64,000 bases of DNA from Squalus acanthias (taxonomy: Eukaryota): assembly GCA_030390025.1 (NCBI GenBank), contig CM059425.1:172858001-172922000 (forward strand). Direction: 5' to 3'. The translations under genes were made by a program, and so were the position numbers. The notes under the pieces were generated by a model. That model saw nothing but the letters and a program-made list of their open reading frames with translations. It was not told the origin of the DNA and did no database searches. Positions 50,511-62,940 of this stretch are shown here, piece after piece; positions within the stretch are counted from its first letter, which is position 1, and each line of letters opens with the position of its first letter.

Positions 50511-52895
50511 ACCTGCTGCTGCCTGGCGGACCAGGGGTCGGTTGTCTTTGCCATTGCGAATGTCAGGGGTTTGTGTTCGACAAACGCAGTGAAGGGGTGG
50601 CCCTCCAGCAAAAACCAAAAATGGCGGACCGCCAGGAACAGCGCGAGGAGCTCGCGGTCGAAGGTGCTGTACTTGACCTCCGGGGGGCGTAGTTGGCAGC
50701 TGAAGAAGGCAAGTGGTTGCCAGGCGCCGTCGACCCACTGCTCATACATGGCGCCGACCGCGTGGTCGGAGGCGTCCGTGGTGAGCACTACCCTGGCATT
50801 GGGCCGTGGGTGCGCGAGCAGGGTGGCATTGCCGAGCGCGGTCTTGGTGGAGTCGAAGGCGGCTGACGCGTCTGCCGTCCATTCGACCGCCATCTTGCCG
50901 CTCCTGCCCCGGAGGGCTTCATACAGGGGCCTCATGAGGGACGCCGCTTTGGGGATGAAGCGGTTGTAGAAATTCACCATCCCGAGGAACTCCTGGAGGC
51001 CTTTGATGGTGGTGGGGCGGGGAAATTGTTGGACGGCCTGCACCTTGGTGGGCAGGGGAATGGCCCCAGCATGGGTGATGTGGTGGCCGAGGAAGTCGAT
51101 CTTGTCCAGGCCGAACTGGCATTTGGCTGGGCTGAGGATGAGCCCATGGTCGCTGAGGCACCCGAACAGGATGCGAAGGTGTTCGAGGTGTTCCTGCTTG
51201 GAGGAACTGGCTACCAGGATGTCGTCCAGGTAGATGAACAGGAACTTCAGGTCCCGAAGGACCGAGTCCATGAGCCGTTGGAATGCCTGGGCTGCGTTTT
51301 TGAGGCCGAAGGGCATCCGCAGGAACTCGAAAAGGCCGAAGGGGATGATTACGGCCGTCTTGGGGACGTCCGCGGGGTGGACGGGGACTTGGTGGTAGCC
51401 GCGCACCAGGTCGACCTTGGAAAAGACTGAGCGGCCGGCCAGTCTAGCCGAGAAGTCCTGGATGTGCGGCACGGGGTACCGGTCAGGGGTGGTGGCGTCG
51501 TTGAGGCGGCGGTAATCCTCGCAGGGGCGCCAACCCCCGCCTGGTTTGGGGGCGATGTGGAGTGGGGAGGCCCAGGGACTGTTGGAGTGGCAGATGATGC
51601 CGAGTTGTTCCATGGTGGCAAACTCGGTCCGCGCGATCTCCAGTTTGGCCGGGTCCAGCTTGCGGGCGTGGGCGCACACTGGGGGGCCTGTGGTGGGGAT
51701 GAAGTGTTCCACCCCGTGTTTGGCGGCCTCCGCGGAGAAGGTCGGATTGATAAGGGCCGGGAATTCGGCCAGGAGTGCCGAGTAGTCATCCGTGGCCCGG
51801 GCGTGGCACTGTGACGCCATGTCGGCAGGTTGAAGGGGGGCCATGGCGCCCAGGATGGGGGACATGGTGTTCATGTCTACGAGGCGGTGTCGAGGGATGT
51901 CTACCGGTAGGCCGTGGGTGCACAGGAAATCTGCGCCAATGAGAGGGGAGAGCACCTTGGCAGTGATGAACTCCCATCGGTAGCGGCGACCAGCGAGGTC
52001 GAGGGTGACTGTGCGGGTGCCGTACGTCCGGATGTCCGAGCCGTTAGCAGCAGCCAGCGCCGGTCCTCGTTTGCCCTTTTGGATGTCGAGGGCGGAGGCC
52101 GGGATGATGCTGTGCTGAGCTCCAGTGTCGCACAGGAACCGGCGGCCGGTTTTGTCATCCGTGACGTACAGCAGGGAGCCCGCGTGGCCCACGGCCATCG
52201 CGGGGGCTGGTACGGGGGCGGACTTGAAAGAGCAGGGAGGTGTGCACCGTTGTGCCCTGGCGCCGAACCGTGCGTGGTAGTAACAGTGGCCCGGGTTAGT
52301 GGGGCGCGAAGGCCCCGTGAGCCCGGTGGCTGGGCCTTGTGGCCGCGTGGTGGCCGGTGAGGGGCACGCCCAGGCAGTGGCTGCCAGGTCTGGAGTGACG
52401 TCGCGGCTGGAGTGAGCGGACAGCAGCTTGTCGGCCTCATCGGCCAGGGCTTCCAGGTCCGTGAGGAAGGAACGCCACGATCGCTGGGCAGATGCTGAGA
52501 GGTAGCTGGCGGATGAACAGCGTGCGGAAGAGGGATCCGGGTGGGCTCTCGTCGGTGAGGGAGAGCATGTGGGAGAGGAGGTCTGACGGTGAGGCATCAC
52601 CGAGGCCTGGAAGGTCGAGGAGGTGGCAGTTTCGCTGGTATGTCGAGGCCGTAAATTTTTTAAGGAGCGCGGCCTTAAGATGTGCATACTTGCCCTCCTC
52701 TGGTGGGTTCTGCAGCGCTGTCCAGACCTTCATAACTGTGGAGCTACCGAGTGATGTGACGAGGTAGTCGTACTTCGTCCCATCTGTGGTGATGTGTCGC
52801 AGCCGGAATCGGGACTCAGCTTGGAGGAACCAGGCTTCGGGCTGGTTTTCCCAAAACTCCGGCAGTTTCACGGAAACTGCGTTCGTGTCCACCAT
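50511..52895 (-). pseudogene. Gypsy gag-pol polyprotein, one frameshift (~52470), truncated
   Basis: ORFs 52437-52895 and 50450-52687 overlap in different frames; no in-frame stops otherwise. Confidence 0.88.
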
Positions 52896-52920
52896 TGCAG
52901 TGCTCGGAATACGTTCTGAG

Positions 52921-52934
52921 CGTCGGGGTTACCA
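52921..52934 (-). promoter_or_regulatory. Primer-binding site, tRNA-Trp type
   Basis: Minus strand TGGTAACCCCGACG, 4 nt after the LTR end; one mismatch to the complement of the tRNA-Trp 3' end (TGGTGACCCCGACG). Confidence 0.8.
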
Positions 52935-52938
52935 ATAT

Positions 52939-53213
52939 TGTGGCTGCCGCGAAGCACGAATTGAGGCCGAGTCAATATGTGGAGCACATGGCTTTTAATT
53001 ACAGACTCCTTGGCAAAATGGCTGCTACAACTTCTCTCTGCAAAACCCTACTGGTTGAGGGCGACACCCGCTCTTTTTAAGTTCACACTGAGGGCGACGC
53101 CCACTCCTTTTTTCATGCCTTAAAGGCAGCATGCGCCTTAAAGGCAAGGTGCCCGATTTATTGTCCACGGACGGAAAAGTGGATTGCGCCCGTTTAGGTG
53201 GCGATCCACCACA
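52939..53213 (-). repeat. 5' LTR (275 bp)
   Basis: TGTGG...CCACA termini and ATTAAA signal on the minus strand (~52994-52999); adjacent to the PBS. Confidence 0.8.
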
Positions 53214-53741
53214 ATATGTTATTAAATAGGACCCATAAATATTTTGTTATTCAGTGGTATAGGTCGCACTAAGATTGCAAGATATACTCAAGGTTAACAA
53301 ACTATTTCTAATTAATATTGCAGATTAAAAGTGACTTCGATCAATAGCATTCGCTCCCTCTGTCCTTAATCTGGAGAATAAATGCAATTAAATTGAATGC
53401 ATTCCCTTAATTAATTAATTTTTTCCAAAGATTACTAAATTTAATCATTCATTAACATTATTTCTGTGTCAATGGAATAAAAGCAAGACTTCGAATGCCA
53501 AAGCTATATCACCTAAAGAGGGAGGGAGATTGCATCTACCCAATTTCTAATTATATTGCTGGATAGCCCAATTTGAGTGCTTTATTGGTAACATTTAACA
53601 GTGACTGTCTCAGCCAGGTTGGAGCTACTATCCTACCATATCCATCCAAACTCCTAGCTTGTTTGATGTTTATAAACCATAATAAACCTTTTCTTCATTT
53701 ATTCGATCCCTCTTGATATCAGATGTTGATAAGACATAACT

Positions 53742-54331
53742 GGGGTAGAAATTAGACCTGGTAAAACAGGCGCAATGAGGCCTAATTTCAGGGACCAAAG
53801 GAATGCCTAAAAAACGGCCCTCCCAAATTTTGGGCGGGCCCTTTTTCAGGCGTCCCTGGCGGTTGCCTAACACAGATGTTAGACCCCTTACATATGTATT
53901 TGAGGGGCATAACACATGTTTTTGACCCCCCTAATCAAAATTTATCTGCCCGATGCCTGTCCCGCTCAGGATTCTTCAGTGGCTGTTCCGGCCTAAGTGG
54001 TTTGTTTAAAACATTCCTGTGGAACCAGGTGGGGCAGGAGTGCTACTCCAGGATCCACGGCTCTCCGAAGGGCCGCTGCCGTCTTGTGATCAGCCCCCTC
54101 CCGTTCTCCTTCGCCCTCCGGTACTTACCTGAGCACCAGCGCCGGCGAGGCAGATGGTCCGAAATTCAATTCTGCAGTCGAAGGTGCAACAGGTGCCGGC
54201 AGTTTGCCCATATTGTTTTAGATGAGACCCAAGGCACCATTTTCGGGCCATCCTTGGACCTTCCATTTCGATGTTAGTGGCCACTTTGCCACCTGTGTGC
54301 CCGAAACCAGGCACCAACAAATTTCTATCCC
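53742..54331. mobile_element. Non-autonomous TIR element (Harbinger-like TIR, 8-9-bp flanking duplication)
   Basis: GGGGTAGAAATT / AATTTCTATCCC; ACATAACT(G) on both flanks (53734-53742, 54332-54340). Confidence 0.72.
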
Positions 54332-56227
54332 ACATAACTGTTCAGTACCCTCTATCTACTCTGTTTCCCATCCATGTTAACCCAATTCTCCCTAATGCCT
54401 TCAGCAGTTTGGTTTCAAAGACTCGCACAATTTACAATTAGACTTGTTCCCAGCATTTGTTAACAACTATGTTATTAGCAATCATTGTAACAATTTTTAA
54501 TATACCATAAATCCTTTCATAAACTCCTTCTACTGGAAGGTTCTTCAGAAGCATGCAATGTTATGCTTTACATGGTACTGCATGAAAGAATGCATGCTGG
54601 GGTGATCAGGAGCTAATGCTGCCTCTTTGGCCACATCTGTCAAGGTAACATCAACCATTTCTGCAGATCTTGGCAATCCTATCTGGGAATGACTGTGGGA
54701 ACCTGTCTTCTTGGAGTCTAGCTCAGTAGAAAGGTAGGCGCTGATCTGTGCCATCTGCTGTAAAGGGTTTTGTCCACATGTCAGTGTTTGCTGACAAAAA
54801 TCAGCACTTCCAGTTACTTCTGTACTTCTGGCCCCTCTCCTGGGATCGCCCCAGAATTGCGTCAATTTGCCTGCAGTGCTGACATATGGGGATGCAGAGT
54901 GGTGGAGAGGGCAACCCTCCTTGCAAGCATTTGATGCAGCATCACCTCGACTTCAGCAGCCATTATAGAAGGGGCAAGATGCTGGGCTGAGCCATCCCTT
55001 GTCCACAGATTCATATCTACAGATAAGGACCCCTTTCCCTTCATCTTCTTAAACCTCTATCTCTTCATCCTTGGCAAAGCCAACTGATGGGTTGAGATGT
55101 TTTTAAGGTTCTTCAGAAGCTTTCTGAATTTTTATCCCCTCTCATTGTGACACTTCCTTTTATGGTCCTCATCCCTGCCCCTGTCTCAGCTCATCTGCTG
55201 CTGAAATGGAGAATATTGGCACTTGAGATTTAATGCAGTGCAAATTAGAATTAACTTACACCCAAAAATCAGCCCCAGTATGTATGAACATCTGATGTTA
55301 TAAAAATCAAGAATCAATTGTAACTTGTAACAACAACTTTATTCTAATATTTAAAATATTTATGACACTGCCAGGATAAATGATTTTTGACTCAGTACAT
55401 TCCAAAATGTGGGAAAAAGCTTCAAAAAATGTAAAACGGGAAATAACCCTCATGCCATCAGTGCTCATGATCCCCTTCAGAAATTTCTAAATCTGCCACT
55501 GTAAAAGCATAATTTTGTGCGCTGAGTATATTTTGGTATATCTACTTAAGTTACAATAAGCTCTAGTGCCACAGGATTCTTAGTGTAACTGCTTGTTTTC
55601 ACATCACAGGTAAGGCCTTTGGGTTTCAGTTTACACAGAAAAATTATCTGAATTGTGAAATGTGATCCCAAAGCGCTGGCAAAAATACTGGAAATGTATG
55701 TTATAAAAACAGGATTTAATTTATCAGCCACTCAGGGCTATACTGTGGGCTATTTTTGAGTTGTCAGCTTTATTCAAGCTGTTTGTAAGTTTTCTGACAG
55801 ATATTGTCACCAAGGGGGAAGTCAGAGACTTTCCACTGGCTTTAATGTAAACTTGAATAACTGTGGCTCAGTGAGTGATGATTCACTCTGCACTTAATTT
55901 TCTGAATAAAAGGGATAGGTTTCCAGGCAATGATAATTAGGCAGTGTGTAGGGCCTTGTCCCTGGTATCCTTTGGAGACTTTCTTTGGATTGATGCAGAA
56001 GTGTCCCTGCAGAAGATCTTGGATTCCTGCAAGAAGATTGAACAGCTTTTGGTGGAGTCGAGAGTGGTGGCAGAGAGACAAAGCTGGGTGTCGTGAACCT
56101 ATGTACAGAAGCTGAAGCACTTTGCAATAAAAAAGGTAAATAAAGTGGTTGTCACATAAAGCATTAGCCAGATCCCATTTGAAACAGGGTGTAGCGCTCA
56201 TCAGCTAATCACAAGAAGTATATCATA

Positions 56228-57983
56228 GGCCTGAAATTCCAAAGGTGCCGTAGCGCCCCTGGAAGTGAAGTGAGGTGGGACTTCCACCCGCCGTGATGCT
56301 ATGGCACTGACCCCACCATAAATGGTGGAGTCAGCTAATTTAAATATAGAGAGGCGTGCAGTCTATGCAAGTAGCTGGAGGAGAGGTGGAGATTCAAAGC
56401 ATATTGCTGCTTAATGGGACACTAGAGGAATCTAGCAACCTGGCCGAGAAGGATGGCAAAAAGGACCAAAAGAAAAGCAGCCAACTTCAGAGAGTCTGAC
56501 CTAGATTTCTTCCTAATGGAAATGCGGAGCAGGAGGAACAAGCTGTTTGGGGTTAGGGGCCGCAGAACCGGCAGGCATGCGATACGCACTCTGTGAAGGG
56601 ATGTGTTTGTACAATGAGCAACAGGAAGAGGTTTATCGACCTCACCGGAGCAGCCAAGTTAAGCTACCTGCCCCAAGGCTTCCTAGTAGTCTCTTTATAT
56701 GTGTGACGCATCTTTATTCATGTGTTATAGGACTATACTCTGAACTTCTGATCGATTTTCCTAGGTTACTTGCTGCCAACAAATGCACATTCCCTCACAG
56801 TGTACAATGCATAAACAAGTCTCCCTAACTCTCCCCACCTGTCCTTTCAGGCTTTTTGAACCTCTATAATCTCTTGGGGAACCATGCTAGGGACGGAGAC
56901 ATAGAAGGGTTAGTGGCATCTGCAGATTTCCTGTATAATGGTTTGGAATTGCAAGCAACATGATTGGGCACAAGGCTCAGAATTCCTCAATGTGATTTAC
57001 ACTGCTGTTGCACCTTTAAAAAAATGTTACATCTGCTGCTGACCTTTGGAGGGAGACACATTTTTACATATCTATTGGTGTGAGCATTGGTGTAAAACAG
57101 ATCTAAACAGCTGAGCCTACAGAAAATTTCTGCGCGGCCCTGATGAAATGGGATACTTTGCTGTACAGGGCGTTAATGACCTGGATTAAGCATGCCCTTA
57201 CTGCTCCCTAGCTTATGCTGCAGAGATCCTTTGTAGCTGCCTGAAAAAAGTCTGACCCATAAAAGCTGAGGACAGTGGTGACCTTCATAACCAGATGAAC
57301 TGCTGGCAGATGGGCGTGGCTTCAGATCTTTGTTCAAAAGGTCACAGCGATGGCCAATGGAAAAGTGAACCTTTCTGGCATGGGGCGCCTCAGAGAGGTC
57401 CTTGGGACTTGTGGTGCCTGTAGATTCATGGCAGAGGGAGGATATCCAGTAGACTGCAGTCTTCTGTCATGCTGCCTGATTCTCCTTCTGCTGCTAATAT
57501 TGAGAAGTATGCCCATGGGAAAGCCATGAATCGATTTGGTTGCTGGTCTGGTGAGACAGTAGCACTCAGTCAAATTGAAATGCAGGTCTCAGTAATAGCC
57601 ATGCAAAACAAAAGGCTGAAAAAGTGTTTTCAGACGTCAGTAATCAACAAGCAAAGTTTGGGAACTCTTCAAAGCTCTCAAACTCTTCACTTCTGCCTGG
57701 ATCAGGTGACAGCTGTTGTGCCTCATGTGTTTGGGTGGAAGTTATCCTGGGTGCAACAGGGACACAATAACAGGATACTCGCTTCTGCAGCATCACTGAC
57801 CGACAGGTGCTGGTTTGGGGGCTCAGCAAGCAGGAAGGAATAAAAAGATTGAGGAAACTTGGGGGAAGTGGTTTAAAGCGCATAAGCGGTGGAAATTGCT
57901 TCCACTCGAGTTTCACCATTTGAAATCGATCCTACGCTGTTCTAGCTCTAATTACGCAGGAAATAGTGAGGAAATTCACCCCC
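56228..57983 (+). mobile_element. Degraded Harbinger-like element with Myb/SANT N-terminal remnant
   Basis: GGCCTGAAATTCC start; MAKRTKRKAANFRESDLDFFLMEM...LFG at ~56454; possible end GGAAATTCACCCC. Boundaries are uncertain. Confidence 0.45.
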
Positions 57984-59698
57984 TAGTTCTCGCTGTTTAA
58001 GCTCCCACATGAATAATGGCACTTGGGTGAGGTACTGGAGGATAACTAACACCATTGGCATCATATGCCTGCCCACTGCTTCCTCAAGCGGTACACGTGG
58101 CAATTCATTTAAGAATATTTTCATTATAATCTGATACTTTATTCATCAAATAGAATTTTAAATGGGGATTATCCATTTGTTTGAGATTTGATTTTATCGA
58201 AAAAGTAAACAAAGTAAAACATTTCCTTGGATATCCTTGATTTTGTGTACAGAAAGCTAAGGATCATTTTGCCTTTAAATATCAAAAGAGCTCACAAGCC
58301 AGAAACTGGAAAAGTGAAGCTGGGATATTTTTTCTGTTATTTGCATACATTGGTTGTAACTGAATCTATTATGTGTTTGAGCTGCTGACTAATATAAAAT
58401 CTGAACAGCAGTTCAAGCATTGATAAAATACAGAAGACAGTAGCCACATTATTTGTGCTAACCGAGCAGTTTAAAAAACATGAAGCACAATGCCTTTCCG
58501 ATTTCTTTCAGGCTAACTTAAGTTCTGAATAAATTTAATTTCAAGGCCAGTCATGTGCTATCAGGATTGGCAGTAAATCACGCAGCAGCTGCTCAGCAGA
58601 TACCCACAGTCTGAATCCTACTAGCTGCATATCACCCTTTATCTCCCATGACACCCTGGTACACAGCCTCTTATCAGCAACTAGCTTTCATGATTGCCAC
58701 CACTGAAACAATCACTAGAATTAAGAGACCGCTCGCCCAGAAATATTAAGTGTGCACCAAATGCATATTTCATTTGGAACAATTGACTATTTAACACTTG
58801 TGCTGTTTCAGTTGTCAAGATACCTGTCAAGAAGTCTTTTTATTTACTTTGATGTGATGATTCTTTCCCATCCTGTCACCTGCCCTCCCTTCTCCCTTCC
58901 CATAGCAATTATTGCAAAGTTAGGAAATGTAATGAGACCTCAGTATACATGATTGTTTAGGATTGCGTGTGAAATATTAGCTCCCCTCTATTTCTTAGTG
59001 TGTTTTTTACCCTTGTATCATGGTACCAGAAAACCTTTAAAAGAAAATGATCATCCCTATATTACGGAATTCCTTCAGATTAAAGGAATGGTCCCAGGCA
59101 AAAAAAAACTGATGCCAGAAACATTCACTTTAAAACAGCCAACCTGTTACAAAATATAACCTCAGTCTAAATTTGAATGGCAGTTCAGCAACACCAATTA
59201 GTGCCAAAATAGCACAATATGGTGACAAATAAAATGTGGTCAGTGTAAAATAAATCACAATGTTATTTTCTGAAACTTTTAATAAATAAGCTACCTTTTC
59301 ATTCTCCCCTGCAAAAACAGATAGGATTTACAGTATGCCTCATTTGATCCTGACATTATGTTACCTTAAACCTAATTTTAGTCATTTTGAATAGGATATG
59401 CCATGAGATGTTTTAGTAAAGACACACGAGGCTAAATTTGAAAGCCCCTGAAAACGGGCGCGGGGATTGCAATACGTGATTCACCTGCGCCTGTTCAATG
59501 TAATGCAGGCAGCACGTAAACTTTGTGCTAACCACACTGTTCATTGGCTGCATGCATCAGCAGGGGGTCCAAAATCGTAACTTGCTAGCCTGCACTGCTT
59601 AAAGCTAGCCTGCACCTCTGAAAGGGGAGGTGCATTGTGACTAAAGCAAGTGCTGGCAGTCATTCAGGAAGTGAATCTGACCTGGGAAATAGTGAAGA

Positions 59699-61482
59699 AT
59701 GGCACAACATGGGAGAGAGCGGGCTCCAAAGTTTTCGGACGCTGCACTGGAATCCTTGGTGGATGAGGTAGAAAGGAGGGGAGATGTCCTGTATCAGCAG
59801 GGAGCCAGGAGGCCCTCCAGACACATGCTCAAAAGGCAGTGGGAGCAGATGGCCATGGAGGTCAATGCCAAGAGTCAAGCCCCTAGGTCCTGGATGCAGC
59901 ACCGCAAGAAATTCAATGACCTCAAACGAGTGGTCAAGGTCAGCGAATGCATCTTCAAATGCCATATCCTACCAACTGCACCACTAGCGTCAGCCACTGC
60001 TAAATGCACCACACCCCTATCACTCACCTACCAACAATCTCTATCAATCCAAACTCATACCTAAAATTCAATGCTTCACCCTCACACACTTAGCTCTGCT
60101 GCAAGCCTCACACCCACATCTCACAGCTTGTACACACTGCCAACTATTCAACCATGACAGCCACATCACCTAAACAGATTGCACGACACTTACTGACACA
60201 CATCCCTTTCTCTTGCAGGATAAGGTGGTGCACAACTGGAAGCAGCAGGAGCTAACCGGCAGGGGATCTGTGCGCCTGCACGTCCTAACCCCTATGGAGG
60301 AGACGGTGCTGGCCATTATTGGAATGGCCATTGCTGAGGCCGTGGCTAGCGGTGGGGCTGAAACCATTGAAGATGATGGTATCCTCATACCTAATCCTCC
60401 TTCTCACATCTCACTTCCCCCTCATCCCACAATCTCTTCTGATTTACAAGCTGCAGATGGTGTAAGCATGCACCTCTTACTTTCCACCCCATCCCTCACC
60501 ACAACCCGACCCTTATGCCTTTCTCCTTTCAGATACCCAAGAACTGCAACCTGGCCAGGCAGTGGAGGAAGACCAAGAAGACAGTGATGATGAAGACACA
60601 CTGTCACTCGATTTCACACTCGCAGCTATCAGCTCAGATACTGACACTGTACGTAATTTAGAGGCAGGATCTGCACGTGATGAGACACTGAGCACGAGTG
60701 TGCTGCAGCCACAGCTGGGGGCAAGCTTAGGGCAGGTGCCAGCTCCCCAGGGGGGTGAGGTCGCATGCAAGTTCAGCTGCAGAGGACTCAGATGAGGACT
60801 TCGATGGGGTAGCCTACAGAAGAAGGCTGATGGATATGCACAATGAAATGCTTGGTGCATTCGCAGGCCTGCCAGAAAGCCTGTGTGTAATGTCAAGGAA
60901 CATGGAGGAGTCCGGCACCAACTTGGCACAGGGCTTTGCGCAGAGCTTGGAGCCCATCCTTTCCAGCATGAAAGTGGTGGCCAACTCCATTAGCACACTT
61001 GTGGATCCAACCATGATGCAGCGTCTGATGGCCGACGTCGCAGCTTCCATTGCAGCACATTCAGCAGTCACCCAATATCTGAGTGCTGCAGTGGAAGCTC
61101 AGACTGCTGTCATGGAAGGTCAGCTTGCTGCCATGCAAGCTCAGACTGCTGCCATCATGGCTGTGGATTACAGTGTTCAAAGGGGCTTACTGGGTGTCAC
61201 AGCAGTCCAGCAATCTGTCCTCCAACAGATTACTAGGATTGTTGAGGCACCGCCCAAGGATGTGGCAGTGGCTCCATGGAGCACAAACCTGCTGTCCTCT
61301 CCCAGGATGACAGCATTCGTCCTCCCACCCCTGCCACTCAGCCAGTGCCCTTGGTGTTGTCTGTCAGCCAGCCAGCCCAGACTGCTGCCACCTATGCCGA
61401 GGTGGAGCAATCTGCAGCCAGGCCTTCTCGGCCCAGAGTTGCTCGAGGTCACCCTCCAAAGCCATCTGGTTTGGAATGTTAA
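59699..61482 (+). pseudogene. Harbinger Myb/SANT-like gene, 3 exons (59699-59938, 60219-60378, 60533-~61482)
   Basis: MAQHGRERAPKFSDAALESLVDEV...WEQMAMEVN...RKKFNDLKR; GT-AG introns; exons 1-2 are open, with two frameshifts in exon 3 (~60755, ~61255). Confidence 0.83.
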
Positions 61483-61544
61483 TTTGTGGAGCCTTTTACT
61501 TTTTCATTGTGGCCAAGCGGACGCTGTGATGGTCAGCAACAGTT

Positions 61545-62940
61545 GGAAGGTAAGGTGTGGGACTGTTGGTAAATGGGGACTTGAGGTTACGGTTACCCGT
61601 ATCATACTCGGATGAGATCTTCCTGGATAGCCTGGCCAGAAAAGAGGCTGTCTAGGTTGCCTCCTCCCTTCCTCCTCCTTCTCCTCCTCAGCTGCTCGCC
61701 GTATAGTTGGTGGCAAGTGCTGTGCACTCATGATGGCGAGGTTGTGGAGCATGCAGTAGACCACCACAAGTCTTGACACACACTCTGCCGAGTACTGCAG
61801 GGCTCCTCCAGAGCGGACCAGGCAACGGAAGCGTTGTTTCAGCATGCAAATAGTCTGTCGATGATATTTCGTGTGGCAGCTAGGCTTTCGTTGTATGCAT
61901 GCTGGCCGCATGTGCACGGGTTGCGAACCGGAGTCATGAGCCATGTCGTCAGCGGATAGCCCTTGTCGCCCAATAGCCACCTTTGATTTGCCGTGGTGGC
62001 TGAAATGCAGCTGGCACAGTGGACTGCTGCAGAATCAAGGCATCATGACTGCTGCCAGGATACCGGGCATTAACCTACATGATTCGCTGCCTATGGTCAC
62101 ACACCAGCTGAACATTGAGGGAGTGGAATTCCTTTTGTTTCCGATATGACAGAGTTTACATGCGGTGCCTGCAAAGCGATGTACGGCAGTCAATGGCACC
62201 CTGCACCATGGGGAAGCCTGCAGTCCTAGTGAAACCATGTGCTCGCTCCGCCTGCTGGTCTCTGGCAAGAGAGAATGAAATGTAGTCAACTCTCTTTGAA
62301 AAGAGAGCCTCAGTGACCTCCCTTACGCAACAGTGGATGGCAAACTGTGAGATGTTGCAAATATCTCCGGCTCCAGCCTGGAAGGAGCCCGACGCATAAA
62401 AGTTCAACACCACAAAGGTCAGGTGTGGGACAAATGCTGAAAGGGGAATTGGGGTTGTGGTCACTGGGACTGCAGGCGGAAGATTCCATCCTGGATATCC
62501 TGGCCAGAAAGGGGCTGTCTGGGATGCATCCTTCCTTCTGCTTCCTCCTCTTCTGCGTCTTCCTCTTCCCTCTGTGAGCAGGTTATCCCCTTCGCTGCCT
62601 CTGCTACATCTCCATGTACCCACCCCCCCCTGCCCCCCCCCCCCCCCCCCCCCCAGGACTGTGAGCAAGTGGTCTTCTCAGAGGCAAAATACTGCAGATG
62701 CTGGAAATCTGAAATAAAAACACAAAATGCTGGAAATACTCAGCAGGTCAGGCAGCTCATCTCGACCTGAGACGTGAACTTTGTTTCTTTTTCCACAGAT
62801 GCTGCCTGACCTGCTGAATATTTCCAGCATTTTCTGTCTTTTCAGAGGCCTTCTTTTACCATCTCAAACCTTGCAAGCATCCAACAGCACTCCCTGCACA
62901 CTTTAACAACTTTAAACATCTGTTGCACCAAGCCACTACT
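61545..62940 (-). pseudogene. Harbinger DDE transposase (HARBI1-like), rearranged and frameshifted
   Basis: LNFYASGSFQ...GFPMVQGAIDC, YPGSSHD, GDKGYP and MLKQRFRCL...MLHNLAI motifs. Confidence 0.85.
62686..62841. mobile_element. Fold-back Penelope-type tail insertion
   Basis: Antisense tail followed by sense tail; TCAGAGGC duplicated at 62678-62685 and 62842-62849. Confidence 0.75.

Larger units (their letters stand above)
50511..53213 (-). mobile_element. Ty3/Gypsy LTR retrotransposon, CsRN1-like; 3'-truncated in RNase H (no integrase, no 3' LTR)
   Basis: 5' LTR, tRNA-Trp PBS, gag (VKLPEFW...PEAWF; CHCC knuckle CYYH...C...C), protease DTGA, RT YLDD, RNase H TTDAS/YSTFDRELLA. Confidence 0.93.

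Noticed and set aside
50450..52687. 745-aa ORF as an intact or domesticated gene
   Set aside because: The N-terminus is out-of-frame gag, the C-terminus is read-through into flank, integrase is absent and conserved RT/RNase H residues are altered. It is a TE fragment.
54545..56200. Short ORFs (54545-54865, 55842-56201) as exons of a neighbouring gene
   Set aside because: No recognisable homology or consistent splice and phase pattern.
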